A stretch of 42,461 nucleotides of DNA from assembly GCA_002380675.1 (NCBI GenBank), contig DFWB01000200.1, positions 8,663-51,123 of the forward strand, read 5' to 3'. Below are positions 7,829 to 17,300 of this stretch, in pieces. Both the position numbers and the translations under genes were made by a program. This stretch comes from Akkermansiaceae bacterium UBA4145 (GTDB lineage: Bacteria; Verrucomicrobiota; Verrucomicrobiia; Verrucomicrobiales; Akkermansiaceae). The notes beneath the pieces were generated by a model. The model saw only the letters and a program-made list of their open reading frames with translations, did not search any database and was not told the DNA's origin. Position 1 is the first letter of the stretch. Each line of letters starts with the position of its first letter.

Positions 7829-8323
7829 CTATTCCCCAAGGACCCTTTGAATCAGAGGCAGGACGAGCTTGGCCTGCTTTAACCACCGTTCCAACTTCTT
7901 CACTCTTTCGTCATAAAATGCCTGCTTGGCTCCGTCCTCCTCCTTCGCGACCTCCGCCTCCAAGGACTTCAGGCGATCTTTTCCACTCTCCATGTGCGGC
8001 CGCATTTGCTCCCGGATGAAGCCCCCTACCAGTTTCTTCAGCTCGATGTCCCCTTCGTAATACGTCCTTCGGACATCAGGTCCCTCCACTTCCCTGATTG
8101 CGCCCAAGGTCCTGAGAAATTTGAGCCCCTGACTGACCGAGCCCTTCGAAATGTTGAGACGCACCACGAGATCGTCCATGGCCAGGGGTTCGGCCGAGAC
8201 AAACAGCAATCCGTAGATTTCCCCTACCGATCGAGGCAAACCTGCCACCCGAACTCCATCGGCAAAGAGAGAAACTACCTGTCGTTCAATTTCTACCAGG
8301 GTGTTGGGCTTAGCGTCGGACAC
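7829..8323 (-). CDS. Winged-helix transcriptional regulator (MarR/GbsR-like)
   Basis: 164 aa. The HTH region is SVGEIYGLLFVSAEPLAMDDLVVRLNISKGSVSQGLKFLRTLGAIREV, followed by a coiled-coil tail. It uses a GTG start at 8323. It is the first gene of the minus-strand operon. Confidence 0.7.
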   Translation of the reverse strand: MSDAKPNTLVEIERQVVSLFADGVRVAGLPRSVGEIYGLLFVSAEPLAMDDLVVRLNISKGSVSQGLKFLRTLGAIREVEGPDVRRTYYEGDIELKKLVGGFIREQMRPHMESGKDRLKSLEAEVAKEEDGAKQAFYDERVKKLERWLKQAKLVLPLIQRVLGE

Positions 8324-8529
8324 AGGCCCACCTCAACACATGGAGTTCGACTGTTCAATTTTTAATGAACTGACAGCGCAGTAACGGTAGACGCTATCTC
8401 GCCAAATAGAAGGTAACCTGAAAACCATGTCGCTTGTGCAGGAGCTTTATAATTTATATACATTTAATGTAAAAATAAGTCGACTTTCCTGATTTTTTAT
8501 AAAAAGTTAGCTCTCTTTCTCGATCATCA
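8324..8529. promoter_or_regulatory. AT-rich divergent control region between the regulator operon (-) and the beta-helix/sulfatase pair (+)
   Basis: 206 nt without an ORF, including long A/T runs (TATAATTTATATACATTTAATGTAAAAATAAG...TTTTTTATAAAAAG). It contains AATGAACTGA at 8364-8373, the same 10-mer as at 7226-7235. Confidence 0.5.
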
Positions 8530-11500
8530 ATGTGCCGCTTCCAATCATCTCTCTGGACGTCTTTTTTCCTCGGGACAGCCTGTATCTTGGCGCAGGCAGC
8601 AAATGAGCTTCATGTAGCCCCCCCTCCCCTTGGGAACGACTCCAACCCAGGAACCCTCTCCCGGCCCTTCGCGACCATCGCCCACGCGGAGCTCCAGACC
8701 CAGGCAGGCGATACTGTATTTCTTCACGAGGGTGTCTACCGCGAATCTGTCAGGTTCCGGCGGAGCGGAACCGCACAAGCCCCGATTTGCTACCAGCCCT
8801 ACAACGTTGGGCAGAATCCAGCAGAGGTCCGTATCTCTGCCTTCACGATTATCGAGCCCGGCGTTAACGGCGCGGGGACCTGGGAACGCCACGATGGCCC
8901 AATTTTCAAAATCCAACTCACCCCAGAGTATGGACTCGGCCTGGGGAAATCCTGTGTTTTGATCAACGGGGAGCCGCAGAAGATCGCCCGATGGCCTGAT
9001 GCTATTACGGCCTTTGACTTTGATTGGGAAGGCATGGCCTCTCCGCTGCGGGCCAACCACGATCCCTCTTCCGCCGGGCCGGAGCCTCCCCACGAAGGCA
9101 CTTTCTTTACCGCCACCTACGAGGACCCGGCTCTCCCGGTTGGCGCCCTCAACAGTTGGCGAGGGGCACGGATTGATACCAGCCCCGGAGGGGGAGTATT
9201 CCGTGATACTGGCATCGTAACGCAGTCCACTGAGGATAGTGTGACCTTTCGCTATCGGCCCTTCCCCAAGCCGGGTGCTTATGCTGCCAAAGCAGACCCT
9301 TATTTTCTCTGGAACCACCTCAATGCCCTCGATCAAGAGGGCGAATATTTCTTCGACATCGAGGGAGTCAGCGGCCCGGCCTACACCCTCTATCTTATTC
9401 CGCCCGGCGATACCTCTCCAGACCAAACCACTGTCGAGATCAAGAGCAGGGAGTATGGATTTGATATGAATTGGACGAGTCACATCCATTTGAAGCAGCT
9501 CAATTTTATTGGAGGAGGAATCGAATGTCCTGTTTCCAGCTCCTTCATCGTCATGGACGACCTTCATCTTCGCTACTGCGGATCCGGTCTTGACGCGCTG
9601 CAAACCGGACGAGCGGCAGTCTGGCTGAAGGGCGACGGACACAGACTACTCAACAGCCAGGTCGAATATTCCTACGGAGGAGGAGCCATCACGCTTGGCA
9701 CAAATACCGAAATCGCGAACAACGTCATTCGAGACTGCATGCTCTACGGAGTGGCCTCTTTTGACAGTTCCGACATTCACGCTCACCACAATACTATCTT
9801 CGGAAACCAAGGGGTGAATATTCACATGTATTCTCCTCGCGGCAGATTCAATTACAACCACTGCTATCATGCCGGAAAGCGAGTGACAGACTCGGCGAGT
9901 ATGAACTCGAATTACAACGGGGACTTGCAGGGGATGGAGATTGCCTACAACTGGGTGCATAGCAATGTGGCGCGGTTCAATTTGACAAGAACCGAGGAGA
10001 ACGGAGCAGTCCGGCCAGTCTGGGGAGGAGGCCGGGGTATCCGGATGGATACCAGCCCCTCTAATGTCTTCATTCATCACAACATCGTCTGGGGCATCTC
10101 CGCACCGAATCTCAGCTTAACCTTATGGGCTCTGGACCCGAACCAGATCAATTACAGAAACTCCATGCAGCGAGTGTATAACAATACCATCGACGGGCAG
10201 ATCCATATCGCCAATCGCGGTAGCATTGGAGGTATCGATATTCGCAACAATATCTGTAGCGAAGTGAGAGAATTTGGCGCGGAAATAGATCCGCACATCG
10301 TTCGGAACAACTTGATGACCATCGGGAAATTTGAACCGCGATGGCCCGGCAATACCGCCGACAACTCCCTCTTCAAATCGGCAACGACCGGGAATTTTGA
10401 ACTCCATGGGGGCGCTACTGCCATCGATGCCGGCGAGCACATTTCCGGTATCACCACCAACTTTGCTGGAGACGCTCCAGACGTGGGAGCCCTCGAGCAT
10501 AATGGCTCCTCCAACCCTCACTGGAGCGCAGGCGCCCTGCTCCGTCCTAAAGACGCCGAAGCGCTTCGGTTTTCAGTCCTCATGAAACCAAATAGTGACC
10601 GCTATCTGGTTGTTTCGGGAATGCCGGAGGGAAGAATCCCAGCCAGAGAATTCACCATCCGTCTTGGCCCAGCCGTTCTTGAGGACCATCGCCTGATTTA
10701 CTCGACCGAAACCCATCACGCCGAGGCCTACTTCAAGATCGAGGCAGAGGACCTCTCGGGCAATATCCCGGTCGATTTTTCCCTCGATGGAGCGACCTTC
10801 CAAAGTAATGGCAATGCAATAGACCTGCAGGGGTCCTCCCTCCAGATCAGCAATCTGAACGTTGCTGCCACCACACCCTCGGGAGGCACCCCGCACACGA
10901 TTACCGGTCGAGGGTTCGGTCCAGACGAGTGGACGATCCCCCTGAAGATGGAAAATACAACCGGCGAGGACCTGAACCATGCGCCCGTGCCGGTCATCTT
11001 CAACAGCAGGGAGCACATCGAGAGAGGCCGAATGAATCCTGATTGCTCCGACCTTCGAATCCTGCATTGGGAAACTGGAAGAGAGCTGAAATACTGGATT
11101 GAGTCCGGTAGCAATTCCGAGGCCACCCTCCTCTGGGTAAAATACGGCGACGACTCCCCCCTGGTGAATCGATTCAGCCACCTCGATGAATCAGGCTACT
11201 ACTTATCATTTGGAGAGCCAGGCAGGGAATCCTCTTCTAACCCTGCCATCGTGTATGACTACTTTCCTGAGTTGCTCGACGAAGGTCTGAAAGTGTGGGT
11301 TTCAGCAAACCGTCTCGCCGAAACCCAACAAGATGGCGACCCTATAAGCTCATGGGACAATATTGCTTACCCGAACTCCCTTACTCAGGCGGATCCCTCG
11401 GCGACACCCACCCTGAAATTCAATCAACTCAATCAGCTTCCTGCCGCCAACTTCAATGGCTCCGATTACCTGCAAATCAATGGATTTCCCCAGCATGTAT

Positions 11501-12513
11501 CTGAAGGATTGACGGTCTTTTCTGTCATCAAGTCTGATCCCGGACACGACCCTCAAGGGCGGCTGATCAGTATTGGAAACGGTGAACGAGAAACGGACAA
11601 TGTAAGGCAGGGCGGAGAACGCGGGTGGAGAGTATTTGGAGTCAAGAGAGCCTATAGTGATAGCATCACCGCTATTGGATCGGGTCGGCGGTTTGCGGGC
11701 CATTCTCACTACATGACCGCTGACGTCGCGGAACTCCTCGTATTCGCCAATCTACAGAGTAACTCGACGGGGGTGGGAATGGATCGAATCCGTAAATACC
11801 TCGAGAGGAAATATGCCATCGGCAATACCGCCCGGGGAGTGGTGGAAACTAACCGTTTACAAGGCCCAACTCGATTTTATCTCGGGGGCCACCTGATCGA
11901 ATCGGTGACTATTCTGGACGACCAAACCGCTACCTTTATCTCTCCTTCCTTACCTCCCTCCGGGAATCATGGTGATTTGGCTCCATCAGATCTAAGCACA
12001 CTCCCGATGGGGCCCGTTTCTCTGGCTCTTACAGCCGAGAGAGACGGCGAGACGGCTCGTGCCGGGCAGCTTTTTACTTACTTCCTCCCAGCCTACGACC
12101 AATGGGCCCGCAACAACCTGCCTCCGGAAAGGCGAGGCAGTCTCGAAGACTCTGATAGAGACGGAATTGTCAATCTGCTGGAATTCGCCACCTCTTCCAA
12201 CGCCTTGGAGCCCTCAGTTGGCCCTCTGTTCTCGATCTCATCCCCCGAAGCCGCCGCTCCTTACATGGAATTCAATCGGAATACCAACGCTACAGACGTT
12301 CTCCTGTCCGTTGAGTATTCTTCGGATCTTCGCGATTGGACCACCGTTCCTGAGCATAGCCCGAACTTGTCCGTGATTCCCCCAGTGCCACTCAATGATA
12401 GCAGCTCCCTACGAGTACGATACTACCCAAGTACCCGCTCTCCAGAAATTTTCTATCGGCTGCGTGCAACAAAAATTCCCATTGCAGATCCCCCGCTTCG
12501 GGATGCAAATTAG
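8530..12513 (+). CDS. Secreted 1327-aa multidomain protein with an N-terminal right-handed parallel beta-helix (polysaccharide lyase/hydrolase-like), a DUF2341-like domain, a LamG/concanavalin-like domain and a C-terminal DxDxDG + FYRLR module
   Basis: The signal peptide is MCRFQSSLWTSFFLGTACILAQA. A DUF1565-type start reads LHVAPPPLGNDSNPGTLSRPFATIAHA...GDTVFLHEGVY. PbH1-like repeats include NNVIRDC, HHNTIFGN, IHHNIVWG, YNNTIDG, IRNNICS and VRNNLMT. A DUF2341-like stretch DCSDLRILHWETGRELKYWIE...LLWVKY lies near residue 838, and a LamG-like region lies at about 920-1100. The C-terminal module runs from 12145. Confidence 0.85.
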   Translation: MCRFQSSLWTSFFLGTACILAQAANELHVAPPPLGNDSNPGTLSRPFATIAHAELQTQAGDTVFLHEGVYRESVRFRRSGTAQAPICYQPYNVGQNPAEVRISAFTIIEPGVNGAGTWERHDGPIFKIQLTPEYGLGLGKSCVLINGEPQKIARWPDAITAFDFDWEGMASPLRANHDPSSAGPEPPHEGTFFTATYEDPALPVGALNSWRGARIDTSPGGGVFRDTGIVTQSTEDSVTFRYRPFPKPGAYAAKADPYFLWNHLNALDQEGEYFFDIEGVSGPAYTLYLIPPGDTSPDQTTVEIKSREYGFDMNWTSHIHLKQLNFIGGGIECPVSSSFIVMDDLHLRYCGSGLDALQTGRAAVWLKGDGHRLLNSQVEYSYGGGAITLGTNTEIANNVIRDCMLYGVASFDSSDIHAHHNTIFGNQGVNIHMYSPRGRFNYNHCYHAGKRVTDSASMNSNYNGDLQGMEIAYNWVHSNVARFNLTRTEENGAVRPVWGGGRGIRMDTSPSNVFIHHNIVWGISAPNLSLTLWALDPNQINYRNSMQRVYNNTIDGQIHIANRGSIGGIDIRNNICSEVREFGAEIDPHIVRNNLMTIGKFEPRWPGNTADNSLFKSATTGNFELHGGATAIDAGEHISGITTNFAGDAPDVGALEHNGSSNPHWSAGALLRPKDAEALRFSVLMKPNSDRYLVVSGMPEGRIPAREFTIRLGPAVLEDHRLIYSTETHHAEAYFKIEAEDLSGNIPVDFSLDGATFQSNGNAIDLQGSSLQISNLNVAATTPSGGTPHTITGRGFGPDEWTIPLKMENTTGEDLNHAPVPVIFNSREHIERGRMNPDCSDLRILHWETGRELKYWIESGSNSEATLLWVKYGDDSPLVNRFSHLDESGYYLSFGEPGRESSSNPAIVYDYFPELLDEGLKVWVSANRLAETQQDGDPISSWDNIAYPNSLTQADPSATPTLKFNQLNQLPAANFNGSDYLQINGFPQHVSEGLTVFSVIKSDPGHDPQGRLISIGNGERETDNVRQGGERGWRVFGVKRAYSDSITAIGSGRRFAGHSHYMTADVAELLVFANLQSNSTGVGMDRIRKYLERKYAIGNTARGVVETNRLQGPTRFYLGGHLIESVTILDDQTATFISPSLPPSGNHGDLAPSDLSTLPMGPVSLALTAERDGETARAGQLFTYFLPAYDQWARNNLPPERRGSLEDSDRDGIVNLLEFATSSNALEPSVGPLFSISSPEAAAPYMEFNRNTNATDVLLSVEYSSDLRDWTTVPEHSPNLSVIPPVPLNDSSSLRVRYYPSTRSPEIFYRLRATKIPIADPPLRDAN

Positions 12514-12519
12514 GAGCTG

Positions 12520-14331
12520 ATGACAAGTTCGAGAATGCGGAGCTGCCGCATCAAAACTCTTCTCGGGGTGGGATTTCTTCTAAGCCCTCTATCAGCCCTC
12601 GCTGAAGAACCCTACAATGTCCTGCTTATCATTGCGGATGATTTGAATAGTCGCATCGCGCCGTTGGGAGACCCACAGGCGATCACCCCTCACCTGACCA
12701 GACTGGCTCAGCGCTCGGTGACTTACCGGAATTGTGTGAGCCAATACCCGTTCTGTGCCCCTTCCAGAGGATCCTTCCTTACCGGACTCCACCCATGGAA
12801 CCTGGGCATCCACGCCGCCGGTGGCAACCAGGCCAACGGAGAAAATATTGTGCCAGGGCGAATGCGGATATCCCAATTCTTCCACTCACAAGGCTATTGG
12901 ACTGGCAGCTACGGTAAAGTTGAGCACTACGAACGTGCCGAACGATGGGATGAGCTCATTCCACGCGCTCTCGCCATAGATGGCACCCTCCAATCAGTTC
13001 AGGATTTCAGCGCCCACAAGGGTATCAGCGGTAACACCAACTTCCTGATTTATGAGGACGGGGAGCCAGCAAATTTTATGGACGGGCTGACAGCCACCAA
13101 CGCCCTTACCGCCATGGAAAAATGCCTGGCCAGAGACCAGAGGTTCTTTGTCGCGGCGGGTTTCTACATGCCGCACACCCCTTGGATTGTGCCCGCCAGC
13201 ATTGCAGATCTCCATGATCCAGCGAACTTCGTTCTACCCGAATCCCCGCCAGGCTCCTACGACAACGCCTACTGGCCACCTTACGCCTATACCTACGGCA
13301 AAGCGAGTGACACCCGGCCCTACCTTACGGAGGACGAACTTCGCTCCCTGTTTCATGCCTACTACAGTGCCGTCACGTTGATGGATTATAATCTGGGGCG
13401 CCTGCTCGATTTTGCAAATTCACACAATCTCTGGGACAACACGGTGATTGCTTTCATCAGTGACAATGGATTTAGCCTGATGGAGCATCAACACCTCTAC
13501 TCGAAAAGGAACTACTCCCGTGAATCCATCCACGTCCCGATGATGATTCACCATCCGGGAATGACGTCCGAAGGCCGCTTCTGTGATCGCCAGGTAGGAC
13601 TGGTTGACCTTATGCCAACCCTCATCGAGCTAGCCGGAATTGAGCCTTATCCGAGGCATCTGGACGGCCAGTCTCTTGCCCCGCTGCAGGAAGACCCCGA
13701 CAGAGAGTGGGAAACGCCCGCACTCTCCTGTCTGACCTACCGGGATGGTTCGAAGCCAAGGTTCCGGATCGGGCAGGTTGGTCCGTGGAAGCTGGTCGAA
13801 GGGCCTTTCTCTGCCTCTTTGCGGAGGGTCATGAACCATCGTGATGATCCCTTCGAACATTTTGGAACATTCCCGAACGGGATCACCCCTCAGGCCCTTG
13901 GCTCCCTCGAGACGGCCGTGGCAGAGATTCCCTTTATTGATAACGTGTTTTACGTAGGCAAACCGGATCTGGGACAGACTGACAGAGACGGGGATGGATT
14001 AGCTGATGAGACCGAAATTGACCTCCTCCCCCTTGGTTTTCATCCTTTCGAGGAAAGCAGCACAGAATTGAGGCGCCTCGTGAGTAGCGCCCTTGAAGTG
14101 GACCCAGCTCCCGATGGATTTACCCTCACCTTCCCTGACTTTCGCGTTAACCCCGCGGAGTTTCGCGCGTGGCATACGTATCCACTCTCTCTCGAGAGGT
14201 CGTCCGACCTTTCGACGTGGGAGAATGTCCCTGAAAATTTCCAGCTAAATTCCTTGGGGGCTCTCCAGTGGCTGGAAAGTCCAGACCCTGTATCCGGCAA
14301 ATCGTTTTACCGGCTGCGCATCGCTCCGTGA
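12520..14331 (+). CDS. Secreted Cys-type (formylglycine-dependent) sulfatase with a C-terminal DxDxDG + FYRLR module
   Basis: It has a signal peptide. Motifs are NVLLIIADDL and the sulfatase signature QYPFCAPSRGSFLTG (Cys79, codon 12754-12756), plus PHTPW and SDNG. AGGAG lies 4 nt upstream of the ATG. The start is 6 nt after the upstream stop, so it is probably co-transcribed. Confidence 0.92.
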   Translation: MTSSRMRSCRIKTLLGVGFLLSPLSALAEEPYNVLLIIADDLNSRIAPLGDPQAITPHLTRLAQRSVTYRNCVSQYPFCAPSRGSFLTGLHPWNLGIHAAGGNQANGENIVPGRMRISQFFHSQGYWTGSYGKVEHYERAERWDELIPRALAIDGTLQSVQDFSAHKGISGNTNFLIYEDGEPANFMDGLTATNALTAMEKCLARDQRFFVAAGFYMPHTPWIVPASIADLHDPANFVLPESPPGSYDNAYWPPYAYTYGKASDTRPYLTEDELRSLFHAYYSAVTLMDYNLGRLLDFANSHNLWDNTVIAFISDNGFSLMEHQHLYSKRNYSRESIHVPMMIHHPGMTSEGRFCDRQVGLVDLMPTLIELAGIEPYPRHLDGQSLAPLQEDPDREWETPALSCLTYRDGSKPRFRIGQVGPWKLVEGPFSASLRRVMNHRDDPFEHFGTFPNGITPQALGSLETAVAEIPFIDNVFYVGKPDLGQTDRDGDGLADETEIDLLPLGFHPFEESSTELRRLVSSALEVDPAPDGFTLTFPDFRVNPAEFRAWHTYPLSLERSSDLSTWENVPENFQLNSLGALQWLESPDPVSGKSFYRLRIAP

Positions 14332-14333
14332 CC

Positions 14334-17300
14334 CTAATCCACCCACCGACCAAGCGCTACAGACAGGGCCTCGGATTTTTGAACTCGGAACTGCTCTCCA
14401 CACTCAACCGTGGCCCTCTTCCCCGTCCCGCTCTGGAAATGGAGGAGAACCGGTGTTTTCCCTGGATGAGAGGCTAGCACTTCTTCGATTTTTCTGAGGT
14501 CTTCGACTCGGCTGCGCGAAACCCACAGTGAGAGCTCCAGTGGACCTCCCCCATTACTCCCATTCTGGTTCGAGCGTAGCTTCAACTCCCTGAGCCCACT
14601 TCCCATGATTTTCCGACTCTCGGTTCTGTCATCAATCGAGACCTCACCCTTCAAGGCAATGACGGCCCCTTCCTCGAGAATACCCGCATCTCGTGCCGGG
14701 GTATAAGACTCCCCCCAGCAGAGCACTTCCTGACTCCCCGTAAAATCCTCAATCACGAGTATCCCAAATGGCTTCCCCTTTCGGGTAAGCCGTTGATCAA
14801 TTTTCCGGATCATCCCGGCGAATGGGAAACGGGCACGCCGGTCGCCAATGTCGAGGTCATCGAGCAAGCCTAACTTGCAGAAGCGGTCTGAATTCAGGAG
14901 GCTGCGGTATTTATCCAGCGGATGTCCGGTAACATAGTACCCCAGCAATTCCTTCTCTTTCTCAAGACGCTCATCCTTTGGCCATTCAGGGATTTGCTTT
15001 CTCGCTGCAGGCGCAGCCAGCTCCTCGTCAGCGAACAACGCAACTTGGCCACTTTCCCGGTCACGCTGGGCAGCACTGGCAGCAGCAGTGACCTCCTCGA
15101 CCCGGGCATGCATGCCTGCCCTTGTTTCCCCGGTCCAGTCCATCGCCCCCGAGAGCACCAGATTCTCCAGAATCCGCTTGTTCACGACTTTGGAATCCTG
15201 ACGGTTGGTAAAATCATCCATGGTAGGAAAACTCCCGTTCAACTCCCGTTCAGCGATGGCCTGCGCCATGGCGCCTTCCCCGACGTTCTTAATTGCCGCA
15301 AGCCCATACCGAATCGCCATTTTTCCGCTGGACAGCTGCTCCGGAGCGAACCGTAACTGGGACCGATTCAAGTCCGGCGGAAGGATCTCAATATCCATCC
15401 GGTGACACTCCGAGACAAAAACGCCTATCTTGTCGGTGTTGCTAAACTCGTTGGAGAGGAGAGCCGCCATGAACTCGACAGGGAAGTTCGCCTTGAGATA
15501 AGCCGTCCAGTAGGAGATGTGGGCATAGCAGGCCGAGTGCGACTTATTGAATCCATACCCGGCAAAGCTCGCAATCTTATCGAAGATCCGGTTCGCCAGA
15601 ACAGAGTCGATCTCATTCTCCGCCTTACACCCCTCAACGAAGGTCACCCGCTGCTTGTCCATTTCGGACTGCTTTTTCTTACCCATCGCCCGCCGAAGGA
15701 TATCCGCGCCCCCAAGAGTGTAGCCGGCCAGCAGCTTAGCTGCATTCTGAACCTGCTCCTGGTAAATCATAACCCCGTAGGTATCTCCACAAATCTGCTC
15801 CAGCATAGGGTGCTCATAGGTCACCTCCTTGCGCCCCTCCTTGACCTCAATCATCTCGTCAATGAACTGCATGGCGCCTGGACGATAGAGCGCGAGAAGA
15901 TCCGTGATATCATCGATTCGGCGGATACCATAACGCTTGCAGGTCTCCGTCATTCCACCTGACTCCAGCTGGAAAACCCCCATGGTCTCCCCCTTGTTGA
16001 GCAGATCAAAGGTGGGCTGATCATCAAGCGGAACCCGATGGATCTCAAAGTCTGGAATTGCGCTCCGGATGAACTCTGAGGCCTCCTGAATTACGGTCAG
16101 GTTCTTGAGCCCAAGAAAATCCATCTTCAGAAGGCCCACCTCCGTAATGGCACCCATATCATACTGGGTAACCACCTCTCCTTCATTCCCTCGGCTGAGA
16201 GGAACATGCTCATCCAGGGGGCGGTCCCCGATCACCACTCCGGCGGCATGCACTCCTGTATTTCTCGTTAACCCCTCCAGCTTGGTGGCGTAATCCCAGA
16301 GCTCACGATAGCTCGCATTACCCTCGATTGTTTGGCGGAGCTCCGCCTTGCTGTCGTATTCCTCTTTGAGTTTCACCCCGGGACGCGCCTCGATCATCTT
16401 GGCGATCATATCGGCTTCCCCGTAGCTCACTCCCATGACCCGCGCGACGTCTCGAATCACACTTTTCGCACCCAGAGTTCCGTAGGTGATAATGTGAGAC
16501 ACACAACGTTCACCGTATTTGCGCCTCACATAATCTATGACCTCAGGGCGCCGCGTTTGACAAAAATCAATATCAACGTCGGGGGGGCTGACTCGCTCCG
16601 GATTTAAAAACCGCTCAAAGAGCAGGCCGAAGCGCATCGGACAGATGTCTGTAATTCCCAGCGTATAAGCCACCAGAGAACCGGCAGCCGATCCTCGTCC
16701 CGGGCCCACTGGAATCCCGTTTTCCTTGGCCCAGTTGATGAAATCTGCGGTGATCAGGAAATAGCTGCTGAACCCAAGGTCGCTGATAGTTCTAATCTCG
16801 TAATCCAGTCGCTTCCTCAGCTCTTCATCCTTGCTCGCCTTTTCTTTTCCGTAGCGCATTTCAAGGCCGGCAAAACACTGCTCGCGAATGTAGTCGTCAC
16901 GACACATGCCGCCGGGCGCTTCGAAATTCGGATACTTCTCCGAGCTTGTAGCATCAAGACTGAGGGTCACATTACAGCGCTCCGCAATCTCCAGGGTATT
17001 GTCACAAGCTTCAGGGACGTCTGCGAAGACCTCGCGCATCTCCTCCGCGGTCTTGAAATACACCTCTGGGGGATACCGCATCCGCTTCTCGTCAAAGACC
17101 AGCTTCCCAGTTCCAATACAGATCATTACATCATGAGCGTCATGGTCGTCACGAGATAGGAAATGAACATCGTTGGCGGCAACGAGTTTGAGCCCGAGTT
17201 CCCCTGCAAGAGCAATCAACTGGGGCTTTACCTCAAGCTGCATCTCTAATCCGTGGTCATGAAGCTCCACGTAAAGGTTGTCGCGCCCGAAAATTTCGCA

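Noticed and set aside
8545-9642. 365-aa minus-strand ORF, along with other long antisense ORFs inside the beta-helix gene (9646..10080, 10573..11181)
   Set aside because: These lie entirely inside the 1327-aa plus-strand gene, which has clear domain signatures. They are typical GC-rich antisense shadow ORFs with no recognisable motifs.
14329-14336. Identical 8-mer TGACCCTA at two convergent gene junctions (14329-14336, sulfatase/dnaE; 40559-40566, hypothetical/mazG), each leaving only 2 nt between opposing stop codons
   Set aside because: Once both pairs use TGA and TAG stops, only the two middle bases are free (a 1/16 coincidence). There is no hairpin or extended similarity around them. The only point of note is that neither junction has room for a terminator.
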